Notes under the pieces: model-generated
Seen by the model: the letters and a program-made list of their open reading frames with translations, nothing else
What the model was told of the DNA's origin: nothing
The model's database searches: none
Translations under genes and position numbers: made by a program
From: Marsupella aquatica
Taxonomy: Eukaryota; Plantae; Marchantiophyta
Length of the DNA stretch: 64,000 nucleotides
Direction: 5' to 3'
Assembly (NCBI GenBank): GCA_973895155.1
Contig: OZ316891.1
Coordinates: 19,803,048-19,867,047, forward strand
In this document: piece after piece, positions 39,130 to 52,629 of the stretch
Layout of the letters: every line of letters starts with the position of its first letter
How positions within the stretch are numbered: position 1 is the stretch's first letter

Positions 39130-42100
39130 TATATGAGTCCAAAATAATTGAGGATGTCCTAGAAGAACTTGAGACCCTTCAAAACACGGTGAAGGAGAAA
39201 GATGAAGAGATTAGTATGATTAGAAAGGATTATGCTGCCAAATATTTTTGAGCTCAGCGGAACCATCTTCAGACATGTTAGGAGTTGTGCCTAGTTATAA
39301 AGGAGATCGCAATTGCTAAGTTGAAGCATGGTTAGCCACCAAAATCCAATCGTCAATTCATGGTGTTTTGAAATGCGTCTTGAAGGCGACAATTAGAGGT
39401 GTTATCTTCAAGGGATCGTTATTGCAAAGCCTAAAAGGTTTTGGAAGTACTTGGGTGTGCTTGTTGATTGTAAAATTTCAAGCACTAGAGCACCAAAAGA
39501 AGAACTTGGTCTTTCTAACAGTGACAGTGAAGGATCGCCTTGATTGTGGATATAGCTCAGAGTTCTCTCTTCATGCTGAACAATATTGTTGTGCACATTG
39601 TCTAGAGCCAAATGATGCGACAATGAACATAACTTCCTTAGGATTTTTTCATCCATCTACTTATTGTTTCATGGATCCAGATAATGGTCTCGCTGCCAAG
39701 GATGTTGTTGTAGGGCTGGGAAGGATCAATTTTTTGCTCTTTGAAGATTATCAATCTCACATTTCTATGACTAGGCATGTTGTTTATGTCATGTCTCTAT
39801 CTTTATCGAAAGATGACTTGTGGCAGGAGATTGAGATCATTCCAAACATTGCTTTCTTAAAACCAATTGACAAGGAAATGATTAAACGTTGGGTTATAAC
39901 CCATCTTGTAGTAAAAGCTTTCAATTTGAAGGAGAAAAGGCACGGACGTCATGGAGGTGGCCCAAATCGCAAGGCAAGCAAAGTTGTCTAGGAATCTGGA
40001 TCGTCGTCGAGTTCAAATTCAGGATTGTTGAGTTCACAAGGTACATTGGATGAACCAAGCATTGTCCTCAGTGAATCTTTGAGTCCAAAGTTGGTTGGAA
40101 CACATGAGGTCTTAGAATATGAGGACCTCCAATGAAGAACTTGCGGAGGTGGGAGGTTTAGAAGCTGAAGGTGAAAAGGACTCTGAAGCTAAGATGGAGG
40201 TGCGTTTGCACAAGGAAAAGAAAATAAATTGAATTGAAGAAGACGGTCCTGCTTCACGGAAGAAATATTATCTTCAAAGATTGCTTTGAATAAAATTGTG
40301 GGTTCTAAGAAGGTTGAGAAAGTGAAAGCCCCTCAAACAAAAATCTACAAAAGCTCAACCGAGGTGAAAGGGCCACAGATTGCAAAGTCCAAACAACCAC
40401 AGTAGAAGATTCAAGCGACCAAATCTTTTGAACTACAAGATTAGAACAAGGCTATCAAGAAGAAGGTTCAAAAGAAGCAAAAAGTTGTTGAAGAGATACC
40501 AACGCCCATACCAAAGGGTGTTAGGAAGAAGGAATTATCTAGGAAGGCCTCCACGGTGAAGTCTTCCTCTATCGTGAAACACAAGGTCCATCTTCACAAA
40601 TGGTGAAAAATCAAGTGCAAGACGTATCCACAGACATTGGGGTTACAAGATTAGATAAGTCTAAACGTGGAAGAAGCCGCAAATGAGAGACTAAGGGCAA
40701 GGAAGAGGGTCAGGAAACCAATGTTCCAATGTCAAAGTTCTAAACAACGTAAGAAAGTGGAGATGATTGAGATGGATGACATGGTTGACATGAATGCTGA
40801 GATGAATGTTGACTCAAGTTCTAAAGTAGTCATTGATTGAGCTTGACTTGAGAGGGCAGAAAAGAGTTTGCAACAGAATAGATGCTGGTATTCTTTTGGG
40901 CTGTCAAAAGTCTTCCTCATTCCTCTGATGAATATCTATCCTCCACCGGCAAAAATTAATGAGCAGTTATTGAACGAGGACCATGTCAACCATCTTGTTC
41001 AATTGATGATTTCCAATGCCGGTCAGGAACCTTTGCCTGCAGATCTGGTGCCTTACAAGATGATTAATGAAGTTTATAGTCTTATTAATCTTTCAGTCAG
41101 AGATTTTGACTCAAAACAATTATCCGAGTATCAATTTTTTGCAATTAGTGGTCAACACTCGACTATGGCCGCTAGAAAAATTATTCAGAGTTGTCAAACG
41201 CAATCATCTCTGGTTGAGATTGCCAACCTCCTCAAATTTTGATGTGCCAAAATTCTCAAGTGGTCGACACCTGTTAAGGTATTGGTTGAGATTTCACATG
41301 CAAACAACTTGTAGGCTGAAGCACATTGTTTCTTGTCACCAAATGGTCATCGACCAAGTTAGGCATGCAAGAATGAAATGTTCGGAAATGAATCGACCAG
41401 TTTGGCCAGTGCCATTAGGGCAAAAATCTCAAGAATTCCAGGTCTGTTCTTGTCAACACCATAATTCCTTTTGTGGTCCACACGAGCCTTGTGTAGAATC
41501 AGAGACTTGTCTTTAAGATACCTTCTCGAAAAGTTTGGTTTAGTTAGTCGTTCTTACAATTTGTTGTTTGTTGGGTTTCAGGATTACGAAGGGTTGGCCA
41601 AAGTCACATTGAAAGTGAGTAGCATCAGCAAATATAATTGGGAATATAATTGGATTCTTTTTGCATTGGAGAGCCTCTACGAGTTATGGATGTACGTCTG
41701 CAATAGTTGGTTGTCAGGTAGTTTGTCTGACAACAATAGAGGGATGACTGGGAAGAAGAGGGAAGCAAAGCAGCTAACAGGGACAACCTTCAGGGTCTTT
41801 GAGGGGGTGCAAGAATCCAACATTACCTCCATCTTTAATAAAGTTCAATCCGGAGAAGTTCTCTTGATGAAGAGAAGACATGCAAGGACATATATACAAT
41901 TAATGTCCGATCTTGCAATGAAAGTCAAGTATATAAAAAATCTCAAAGGTGCAATCTTGCGGTACTACCATGAGACCTATGAAAATATTTTCAATGTTGG
42001 GGCCATTTGGTCAGACGTGATCTGCAAGTTTAATTTCACCAATAAAAAATTGGATCAATGTTGTTCAATGGTCAACAATGCTTATTTCAAGAGTTTAGTC

Positions 42101-42514
42101 AAAGTCTCTTAAACATTGACATGACAGAACCTTTGAAGAATAGGTTACAAAATATTTACCAGAAGAAATTTGGTGGAATTGTCCGCAAGAGAATGGATCC
42201 ATATCAAATATTTTACTCTGGTAATCTTCTTGCTTCTGCAGAGCCTCCTTTTGATTTGACAAGTTGTAGGGAGAGAGTTGCCAAACTCGACTATCTTAAC
42301 ACTTAGCTTTGATATTGCTGACTCTGACGTTGAGCTCACCTATGGTCCAAGCCCGGATAGGCCATCCGATGAGGACTTAGCATTACTTTGTAAACAAGAA
42401 CATCCAGGGCCTTTAAAAGAAATTGATTTCAATTCAAAGTCCTTAAACATAACATTCCTTAACTCAGTAGCACCACAAATCATAAAAACTTTCATACAAA
42501 ACCAAGCAAATTGA
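39130..42514 (+). pseudogene. Large spliced TE-borne gene(s): unknown N-terminal domain, K/E-rich linker, ParB/Sulfiredoxin-like domain (40868-41320) and a helical C-terminal region; many stops and frameshifts
   Basis: FLIPLMNIYPPP...LNEDHVNHLVQLM...YQFFAISGQHSTMAARKI...VLVEISHANN fits the ParB/Srx (DGQHR-like) pattern. A phase-0 GT-AG intron at 41442-41581 joins ORF 41067 to ORF 41471 in frame. Confidence 0.6.
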
Positions 42515-42899
42515 TAACTCAAATAAGGACTATATATTAGTAATTGATTTTGAGGGAGAGCCAACATCAAAGCTTCCTCCGCAACTGATAGAATGTTTTT
42601 TTCATAATCTTCTCATTGTTCAAAACATATCCCCATGTGCCCTCAGTGTAGATGCCTGCATCATGATATGATAATGTTGTATGCCTTATACTTCTTTGCC
42701 TCACCTTTACATCTTTACCCCCCTTGACATTTATGTGTGATGCGCAAGCATGACAACTCCAACGACAATCATGTACCACATAGACATTGGGCTAGTGGAA
42801 CAAATAGAACCACGTTACTAGAGTAGTTAGAAACATTTTTTGTAACATGCATTATCAGTAAAATGTGGTCCATCAAGTTGCAAACATTCATGGGCTCAA

Positions 42900-43427
42900 A
42901 CTGACTTTCCCAAGTCTAGTGTGCAGAGACCTTCTAATTGCTTCATCACCAGCAAGCTTTATTTTTTGATACACAGGATCTAAAAACATGTCCACAACAA
43001 TAAATGATAAATCGGAATCAACAAATCTCTTTGTTTGTCTTGCTCAAATTATCCTATTGATACCCCTCAAAATACACTAAATCAAAGTTGGTGTATATAA
43101 GCTACCATCTTTCTTCTTCACTGGCAAAGTGAATTCAGTCGATAATTCAGCAAGTTTTGTCTGATCATCCTTCTCAAAAAGATCACCAATGGAATTCTTA
43201 GTATCTATTTCTTTCCACTATCTTTACTCATTAAAAAGTTTTTGCGATCACTTCTCACCGTCTTCAAGTCTAGCTCTCCTACCACCCATTGTAATGTTCA
43301 AAGCTTCCACCGCATCAATGCCACCAAATTTAGAAGTTTCCCAATATTCTTTCTTCCCTAAATACAACCCCTGACAAATACCTCCAAAATCACTTTCAAC
43401 ATTGAGTTCTTTCAGAGTAGATTCCAT
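42900..43427 (-). pseudogene. Crypton-type tyrosine recombinase, N-terminal core-binding region (DUF3504/QRICH1/ZMYM-related), disabled; catalytic part not seen
   Basis: Single frame from ATG 43427: ...EK*SQKLFNE*R*WKEI...KLAELSTEFTLPVKKKDGSLYTPTLI*CILRGINRII*...MFLDPVYQKIKLAGDEAIRRSLHTRLGK. This matches the Crypton consensus KWA..F.EW..R...L..F...V(R/K)K.DG..Y.P.S.....GI.R...DP.F.......D........GLG. Confidence 0.7.
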
Positions 43428-44123
43428 CTTTATGTAAAATTAACAAAACAGAAAACCTTTATATTAAAAAAATATAAATCTAGACATGCAAATTTCAGAA
43501 GCCACAAATTGTTGAAAGCTATCTTATGAAACACTACTTGTCAACTAAGAAAGCGAAAGAAGAGCCTTCAAAGCTAGAAGACACAACTCTCCAATAAATT
43601 TCAATGACACCCCACAACTAACCACTCATACTACTATCTAAATACAAGTGAATAAAAAAAATTCAGATTCTTATATTCAAGTTTAGACAAATTAGTTCAA
43701 AGATTGTGCATTTAAAGTAGTATTTTATATATTTTTCATTCTTGTGTGGACAACACAACATAAAGACAACCTACTACACTCGCTCTATGGAAAATAAACT
43801 ACAATTAAAAAATTAAATCTTGAAGACTTGAAAAATAATGTCTCTCAACCCAGTTCTTTAACTTTCTTGCATGACCATTTAATTTGAATTTATTATTTTA
43901 GAGATTCACTTTTTCTTGTTTGTTACCAAAAATTACTCTAGTTTTGACGTATATTAATATCCTAGTTACGAGCCTTATGAGAATAATATCCTCAAAACTT
44001 GGGTTACCACCTTCCTTTTAGGGTATTATATTGTACAATGTCCATTAACTAGTATATTATCCTATTCAAACAAGTGGTCTAGTATGGATGCATGGGAAAA
44101 TGGAGTTTATTATGTAAGTGGTT

Positions 44124-44458
44124 TGTGTTTAAATACTATTGAATCTCATATATTGTCAACTGTGAATTGTGTTCAAATATTATTAAGTCTCATATATTGT
44201 CAATTAGTTGGTGTGTTCAAATACTATTGAGTCTCATATATATTGTCAATCAGCTTGTTTGGAATGGGAAGAGCCAGATTATCAAATAAATGAATAGTAT
44301 TTAAATACTATTAAGTCTCATATATTATCAATGTAAATCAATTGGTGTGACTGTTCAAATACTATTGAGTCTCATATATGTCAATCATTTAGTCTGGCAT
44401 GGGAAAAATAAAATTATCCAATAAATAAATAGTGTTCAAATACTATTGAGTCTCATAT
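44124..44458. repeat. Array of six ~30-bp repeats (AAATACTATTGAGTCTCATATATTGTCAA) with variable spacing
   Basis: Copies at ~44131, 44175, 44219, 44303, 44357 and 44438; ATGGGAA(A/G)A recurs at 44091, 44264 and 44399. Confidence 0.85.
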
Positions 44459-47400
44459 TAGCTTCTACAATACAAGATTGTGTCTTTTTTCCCATGGTCA
44501 TCATTCAAATTTTTAGGGCACAAAAAATAAGAAATCTGGTCAAAGGAATGAATAAAGACAAAATAAATTTAGTTTAGTGTGAATGAAAAAGAGTCACACC
44601 AATGTCCAAGTAGGAGGGAATCAAATGGGATAAGCAAACAAAAAATGAACACCACTAAGACAATACAAAAGGCTCAAGGATGATTCTCCTTCCATGATCC
44701 ATGATAGGGGGTACTGTACATACTCAATATATAAGGTGTACATACTCAATAGAGTGAGATAATGCATAGTTTGGGTATAATATTGGAATGAGTTAAATTT
44801 CAAATATTATTTCAATCAATAGGGGACTACATACATTAATAAAATAAAACATTATTCTCCCAATATTTAGGGTGATTTTTTTACATTCATTTTTTGGGTC
44901 ATTTTCACAATCAAAAAACCAAAAGTTATAAGGTCCAAAGACATAGTAAAGATCGATCATGGCACAGACGTTGATGGCAAGGTGTCGGGAAATGGGCATA
45001 TTTTTACTTAACATCTTTTTACTTCATAATATCTTTCACATAACGACCCATTTGGCACCACATCATCTTTGTACTCGATGACATCTTCTTTTGTTTTAGG
45101 TGTTTAGTGACGCAAGGCTTGCACACCAACCACCACCCTGGTTTACTTTTCTTTTGTCTCAGTTGTTTCTTCCCTTTGTTACCCCTATTGTTACTTTTCT
45201 CCCTAGTGTGACCTGGTGACATTCCCTCTGGTATCCCTTTGATGCAATATTGGTCGTTTAGGTGTATTAACATAGGCCCTCTTGCTTGTTACCTCTTTGT
45301 GTCCTTTGTTTGTTTGGGTCTTCTTACCAAGTGAAACATAACAATATTTTAATTGTTTTTTCAAAACTTTTAGAAGCCTCCAAGGGGGCATCAAGCCCGA
45401 GGTACCTGAGCAGGTGCGAGGTAAGAGGGCCGAGGGAATTTTTACAAGGCAGGGGGCCCAAGGTGGCTTGCAGCATTTAAGAGGGGTGGATAGCACCTCC
45501 CCAAGAAGGTAGTAGGTGCCCCCACTCCCGAGGAACCAGCCACGAGGGGAGGCAAGCTCAAGGCAAGCATTAAAGAGGGGGGCTTGACGCCCTATGAGGG
45601 ACTATTAAGGTGGGGAGGGGCGCTTACAAGGCACCTGGAGCAAGGAGCAAAGGAGGAAGGGGAGGGGGAGTTTGCAGCTCTCTCCTCTTGGGAGCATTTA
45701 ATCCCCCGAGCCTGAAGCAACATTTAAGGCAATGGGACAATGAGGAACCCCTCCCAAGGAGGGCGTACCATCCCCATCATGCAAGAATCCTCTCTTGAGG
45801 TGGGGGAATGGGCCCAAGGTGGTAGGAGGCCCTCCAAGGAGTCTTGCATGGCTAGCGGGTGAGTTTGGCTCGACTAAGTGATACCTTGCGATGGGGTTCC
45901 GTTTTGCAAGAGATTACTTGGAAGAATAAGAGAGGAGCGGATGCTCTCAATTTTTGAATTGTGTGGACTAGCAAAGGTGCTCAGTGGAGCTTGGTGATTT
46001 GTTTGTTTGTTCGTTGTTTGTTGGTGCCGATTGTTGGTGGATGGCTTGTTGATCATTGATGAAAGTCACTGGTTGGTGATGATTGACTGAGTGTGGAAGC
46101 ACTATTGAAATCCTATGAGAGTACTTTGATCAAGATTTGATTTTTGAAACTGTTTGGTTGGATGCAGAGTGATTAAATCTGATTGCATGGAGAGCTTATG
46201 GTAATGGGTACGCTCATTGTACATGCCGATGAATGGTTGTGTAGAAGCTATGTTTGTTGCTGGTTAGAGAAGGCTTGCTGCAAATTTTTTGTGATGAACA
46301 AAGGTTATGCAAAAGCTATGCTGAAATTTTGATAGAACCTATGTTGGATGGATAACAACTAGAAGCTTTATTGCAATTTTGGATGGAGTGCCCGATGTGG
46401 TTGCATTGGTGAAGTTTGAGTGAAAAATAACTTTAGAGGTGGACATTGTGCACTTCTAATGTTCACTCGAATCTTGGTTTGTTATTGACGGTTTTTGGAG
46501 GGGATTTGGTGATGGAATTTCAACTGAAATTGTGGTGCAATTGGTTATTTTGTGGACTTCCATTGTTCACATATTTTGTGTCTAGTTTGGAGGTAAATAG
46601 GGGACTACAAACAAAACATGCTTAGAGGCTAACCTAGCTTGTGAGACACATGGCATCCCAAAGTTATGTGGGTGGCTCACTTAGGGAACCAAATCTACTT
46701 TAGTGGGGTTTTAGGAGCAAGTTAAGAGGGGGAATGGGCCTTAGATCCTATTGGGGCATGGCACGTGGCCAACTTTTGCTTGTGTAGGGCTTCCCAAGGC
46801 TAGTAGCGTCTGATTGGCTGCTCCTTTTGCCGTATCCGGTCACGTCCTGGCACATTTTGCTGTATTTGAATGCTCTATACCATATTTTTTGCGGTATCTT
46901 CATATTTTGGCCATATCTTTGACATTTGGGCTGATTCCCTGCAATTGCCGTTGCGGGAAGCTTCCTCTATGATTGTCACAGTAGAAAACCCAAGAGCTCA
47001 TTTTTGCATTTTGTTCGACACCATTTTGACCCCCCTGTGGTTGAGTGGCCATATCTTGGTTGTCGGGACACAACTCGACACATCAATTAAATAGCTACAC
47101 GCGGTAGCTTGTTGGCTATTCAGATCAATTTTCCGCTTGAAAATTTGAGAATGTTGATTTTTGGTCATTTTTATGGTACCCTTATTGTGTTGATTGGTGA
47201 CACTTGTGCACAGGATCGGTTTGTAGCAAGGCCAAGTCTAGAACTTATAGGCGAGACACACTCGGGGGTTTCACTTCCACAAAAATGGCACATCACATGC
47301 GACGAAGGATAGAGTCATTTTATTGGTTTGAGGAAAAACTTAAATTTTTTTGCAGAAGAACAATAAGGTCTTTTAAATTCAATTTTGAGACATATAAGAA

Positions 47401-47499
47401 CATTAGGGTCTCTCTAACCAATTTTTTAGAATATTCCAAGAATATTCTAACTTTATAGGGGTTGAAAATAATACTTTTTTTCTTACATTTTAGGGGGTC

Positions 47500-50400
47500 C
47501 GAGGCCTAAAAACGTCGCGGGGGATGAGGAGGCATCCATATAATGAGACCCCCGAGAAGACACATTGGAGACTGGAGTAACCAGAGTGGTGTTAGGTTTT
47601 GCCTAGAGGAAGCAAAAGAAGAAAGTATACTAGCTAGGAGCGACACTAGCATGGACCCTATAGTGGAGGAGGCGACGCAGTTGCTATCCTGGTTGTCATA
47701 ACATTCCCGTATCAGTCCCTATAATTGGGACATGGAGCATTCAATGGATAGCCAGATTTGGAGATTTTTGGGAGATGTTGGCACCATGGAGTTGTCACAT
47801 TTCCTCATGGAGTTTGAGCGGTGATATGATCAACAGAAGTTGCACAACACGTCATTCTCCCCTTTCATGGCGTGGCGAGCGTTATTCCAACACTTGGAGG
47901 GGCCGCCAATGCATGACTATGAGGAGTTCTAGATGAGGTATGTTGAGCACATTGAGTCTTGGAGACGCAAGTGGTCTCCAAACTACGTCTCACTCACAGG
48001 TGAAGACATATCCTTGAAGGAGCTAGGAAAAGGGTGCTAGCAGCTCTAGCACACTATTGCCAATCCCCAAGTTCAACCCAGTGCTGGAGTTCTTCAAGGT
48101 GTTGAAGAAGAATTACCAGGGTATTTGAGTGGACAAGTTGTTGAGCCTCCAGACATTCAGCAAGATAGAGGGTGAGAGTTTGCGCAAGGCATATACTCGC
48201 ATGAGGCGATTGATTAGTACCACGGAGGGAATTATAGGTGCATGCTCTATCTATCCAAATTTGGTACCAGGCCCTGGATAAGGATTTGAGAAACCGAGTT
48301 TGGTTTTTGGCGTTGGCCATTGATGAGAAGTTGACACTAGAAAAGGTTTTCCTGCTTTCTCATATAAAAGGAGAAGGTTGTGACCCTTGGATTTTGCAAA
48401 GAGTCCCCTAGAGGAAGTGCTACTAGTATATTTGGTGGGCAACAGCAATAGCAATTAGGGAATGTGCCAAGGAGGACACAACCCAATGTTCCCGATGGTG
48501 CTATTGCTGGAGGCAAAAGAGCAATATCACCCCAATGCCCCTTTAAGCCTTCTTATGCCACGCAAGTTGAGTGTTGGAGCTTTAAGGGATCTCATAACCA
48601 GTGTGATTGCCTTGAGAGGAAGGGTCCACCATGTTCAAAGCAAGAAGAAGCTGTCACTAGATAGCCAGATCTTAGGCATTGTGACCATTGCCATCAAGAT
48701 GGGTATACTATTGAGAGGTATTTTGAGCTGCATCCTAAGATACTACCTAGTTACCACCACAACCAAAGATATACTCATCTTTTCACATAGAGATAATGTT
48801 GCACCCTAGATATATACCAGAATTCAGTATAAATAAAGTGGTGAGAGACACTCTCTCCCCACTCCCACATTTTGATAATTTTTGCATCAAAGCAATACTC
48901 TTTTTATCTCTCATATTTTTTCTACTCTTTGCCTTGTGTACATCGTAGTGAGACAGTTTTTGACCCGAATAGCAAAAGAATGAGTGTTAAAATTATAGAT
49001 GGAGTCTTTAGGGTAAAGTTTCTTTGGGAATGTAAGGTGAGACGTTATTTTGGTCTCAAATAGAAAAAAATATGTAACATCATGAATCCTAGAGAGTGTC
49101 ATTCCCAACCTTTCCCTTTGTAATATATTTTTTATTAGAGTTCATCTTTAATAAGTCTTTCGTGCGATAACACCTAATACACCACTTTGGTTTTAAGTTT
49201 ACTACCACTAATATGAGGTCTAATGAACCCTTAGTCTATCTAGTTGTGTCATACCGAGAGGAATGAGAGTGCATTATTTTTATTTTCTATTAAAGTATAT
49301 CATTTTTCTTCTTTATTAGAATCATCATGGATTTGAATAGAGCCCCCAATGATGTATCTGTTTTATTTTTCTTGGGGATATCCAAATATTTAGTTGTACA
49401 AAGCTCAGTTGTAAAGATATACTGATCGGTAGATATGGAGAAAGCGGCTTCAATAACATATTAGCATCGCCAGAATTGATTGTGATACCCACTATTCTAA
49501 TGACTAAAATTGTTATTTTAATCATAATCTAGGATTTAGTGTCATGCATGATTACCTTCATGAGAGCCAACATGCCCTTTCCACAAATCACGCTCACCGG
49601 AACAGTGAAGAGGTCAGTGGGCTTCTTTTTTGCAATAGCATTGCATTGCTGCTCCTAAGGTTTCACCATAGCAACCACAGGTGACGTTCTTTGCACGTTC
49701 TGCCAAGGTTACTATTGATAGTTGGGAGCCAACTATTGGCCCCAAGATCACTGGAGGTGAGGAATAATGTGTACAATAGTTTCTAGAAAGTTATGGAAGT
49801 TATTTTGCTTTCAACATGCAAGATTTGGGCATGTCAAGGGACCAAGCATCTGAATAGATTTGGTAGTGGATGCGCCCATCTTTCAAAGACCATATCGGTA
49901 ACTATCACATATGGAAAGGATATTGACTCAGGCAAGGTGCCATGATTTGTTGGTAGCGGGATTATGAAGAAGTCATTTGGTGAGTATGCTTCTACCACTG
50001 TGATGCCAACAAAGAAGGATATGCATGGCAATTGGATTGACAAGAAAATGTGTGGAGACTATCGTCCAATTAATCAGTAGAGTAAGTCTGACAGCATGTA
50101 TGTCATGCCCACCCTAGAGGAGATATTTGATGCCATTGGGCATGCAAGAGTGTTTAGCACATTGGATCTCAGGGCTAAATATCACCAGCTGCCTATCAAA
50201 ATTGGTGACAGACAGAAGATGGCGTTATGGGGGATTGATGCTCATGGGAATGATGTGTTGTATCAGTGGCTATTCTTACCGTTTGGATTGAAGAATGTGT
50301 CAACTGAGTTTCAGAGGGTCATGGATCAGATTTTGGCAGACTTGGATTTTGCCAAATGTTATATCAATGACATCATTGTCTACAGTGACACTATGGAGGA

Positions 50401-51770
50401 ACATGCTATACATTTGCAGCAGGTGTTTAGCGGCTGAGAGAGCATGGGCTAAAGCTACATTCTGGCAAATGTAAGTTCTTCCATGACCAAATTGCATAAT
50501 TAGGGCATACCATTTATCCAGGTGGATTGGGTGTGCAGCAGACAAAGGTGGAGGTAATTGCTCGCATCCCTCAACCTACCAATGTGAGTAGTGTCCGAGC
50601 ATTTTTAAGGCTTGAAAACTTCTACCGAAGGTATGTAAAAGATTCAGTGCATATTGCAAAACCTTTGACATTACTTATGAGATTGGACTATGAGTGGCAA
50701 TGGGGTATTGACCAGGATAGAACTTTCCATCAGTTGAAGGAGAAGCTCACATCGGTGTCCACCTTAAGGAGACCTATCAGGGGGCATCTATTCAGGTTGC
50801 ATACTGATTGGAGCAGTGCTCACTCAACAGGATGATGAGGAAAGGGAGTTTATGGTAATATATGCCAATCGATTGAATAACACTACAAAATCAAGGTATG
50901 GCTCCTATGAGGGAGAATGCTTGGTTGTAGTGTGGGCTCATTTTTTTATGTTACTTGTTTGGTAATCCCTTCACTCTTGTTATGGATCACCAACCACTCA
51001 ATGGTTGATGGAGTCAAACAAGCGTACTGGTAAGCTTGCTCGTTGGGCACTCATACTTAAGGAGTATAATTTTGAGGTCTTGTATAGACCTGGTTACTTT
51101 CATCTGGATGCTGATGGATTGGGTGGCAATCCCTGCCCAAGCCAAAGGGATTTGACAGAAGTACGTTGGCATGATAAGGCAGACAAGGAGATGGTGCCAG
51201 GTTGGCATGCTTCTACTTATTTGTGTTTATTACCGAGTGTGGATGATCTTGGTGTAGTGGCATCATTGGAGAGACCCAATGTAGACTTGTAGATCCAGAG
51301 ATTTCTAGTGAGGAGTCTGGTGGACATGATATTCATGATGGTGCAGATGTTGTTATGTATCTGTGCACGGTCAGCATGCCAGGCATGGTAACTGCCAAGG
51401 AGAGAGATTGGATCCTATATACAACGAGCTATGCGGTTTAGGTGGGAAGGATCTCACTTATTGAGAGTTTGGGATGATGGCAAGGTGCAATTGGTACCTC
51501 CTTTATCCCAACGTGCATAGTTGGTGCGACATGCTCATGAAGAGCTTGGATATTTAGGAGTGAAGCGGACATACAACTTACTCCAGACCCAGTATTGGTG
51601 GCGTGGAATGCATGTTGAGATGCAGCAGTTTGTGGCGCGGTGTACTATGTGTGACAACGTGAGAGCATCATTTAATGATCCTACCCCGTAGTTGCATCCC
51701 TTGCCGATCTTGGGCTTGGGATATTGTTGGAGTTTAGATTTTCCTTGACCCTTACCATTGACTAGACGTG
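47500..51770 (+). mobile_element. Degenerate Ty3/Gypsy retrotransposon: gag (47.7-48.8 kb), RT, RNase H and integrase N-terminus (49.8-51.8 kb)
   Basis: MPTLEEIFDAIGHARVFSTLDLR...LPFGLKN...CYINDIIVYS (YIDD mutated); VRAFLRLENFYRRYVK; FRLHTDWS; YEGECLVVVW; KLARWALILKEY; integrase zinc finger HAHEELGYLGVKRTY...YWWRGM...CTMCD. The order RT-RH-INT indicates Gypsy. Confidence 0.92.
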
Positions 51771-52629
51771 GGCAAAATCAAGCTAAAGTGGGGAATCTGG
51801 GCAATCTAATACCCCTTCTAATACCACCTTGGCCACTACGCTCAATACTAGTCATGCAATGATGAGAGGTGAGGGTCGTTGCAAGTACAATGACCATGAA
51901 GGGAGGAAGGGCCAAAATTTAAGTTTGAAATCATTTCAAAGTACCCTCAAATCATTTCAAACTTTGAAAGGTCAGCAAATCCTGACCGTGCCGTGGTAAA
52001 TCATGATCAGCGGTGGTCTTTGAGGGATTAGCATTGGATCTGGACCATGGAGAGGGTGGAAGGAAGATCCAGACCGTTGCATAGCGGGCAATCGGTATCC
52101 AAGTTGGGCGCCAAGTGCGCACTACCTTTCTCTCATATTTTCTTTACAGTAAGTTTGAATGTTGCGTAGAACGCCTGCTCCCAATTCACGGAGTAGAATT
52201 TTATGATCAAGAGTGGAGATCCCACTAGGAAGCAGGCGCAAATGCAACCAGAGGTCTAGGATTACGGTTTTTCCTTCTGTCGCATCCAATTGCTTTGGGC
52301 GGACAAGGGCCCTATAGACAGATGACACTTTGTGAGGGAGAGCCCTCACATCGCTAGAGAACCATTGGTGCAGAGCTAGATTGTGAAGTCTGCGCCCAAT
52401 ATTCCTTTGGAAAGTTTCCTGATTGTTTTTGCCTTGCCCTTTGTTGAATGACTGTCTTTTGTTGCATTTTCATTCTCACCTTAGGCCATATTTTGAAGGG
52501 CAAAGTAATCAAGTAAGTTGTGATGTGCATTTGACACAAATGTCATCAATCTGTCTGTAGGCTAGGCACAAGGGAGGAACTTTGCAGGTGCAAGGGAGAA
52601 ACCGTGGAGTAGCAACCAGGAGATCTCAA

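Noticed and set aside
44124-44458. ~30-bp repeats with variable spacers resembling CRISPR
   Set aside because: Spacer lengths are irregular (about 15-55 bp) and partly duplicated, reflecting higher-order tandem duplication.
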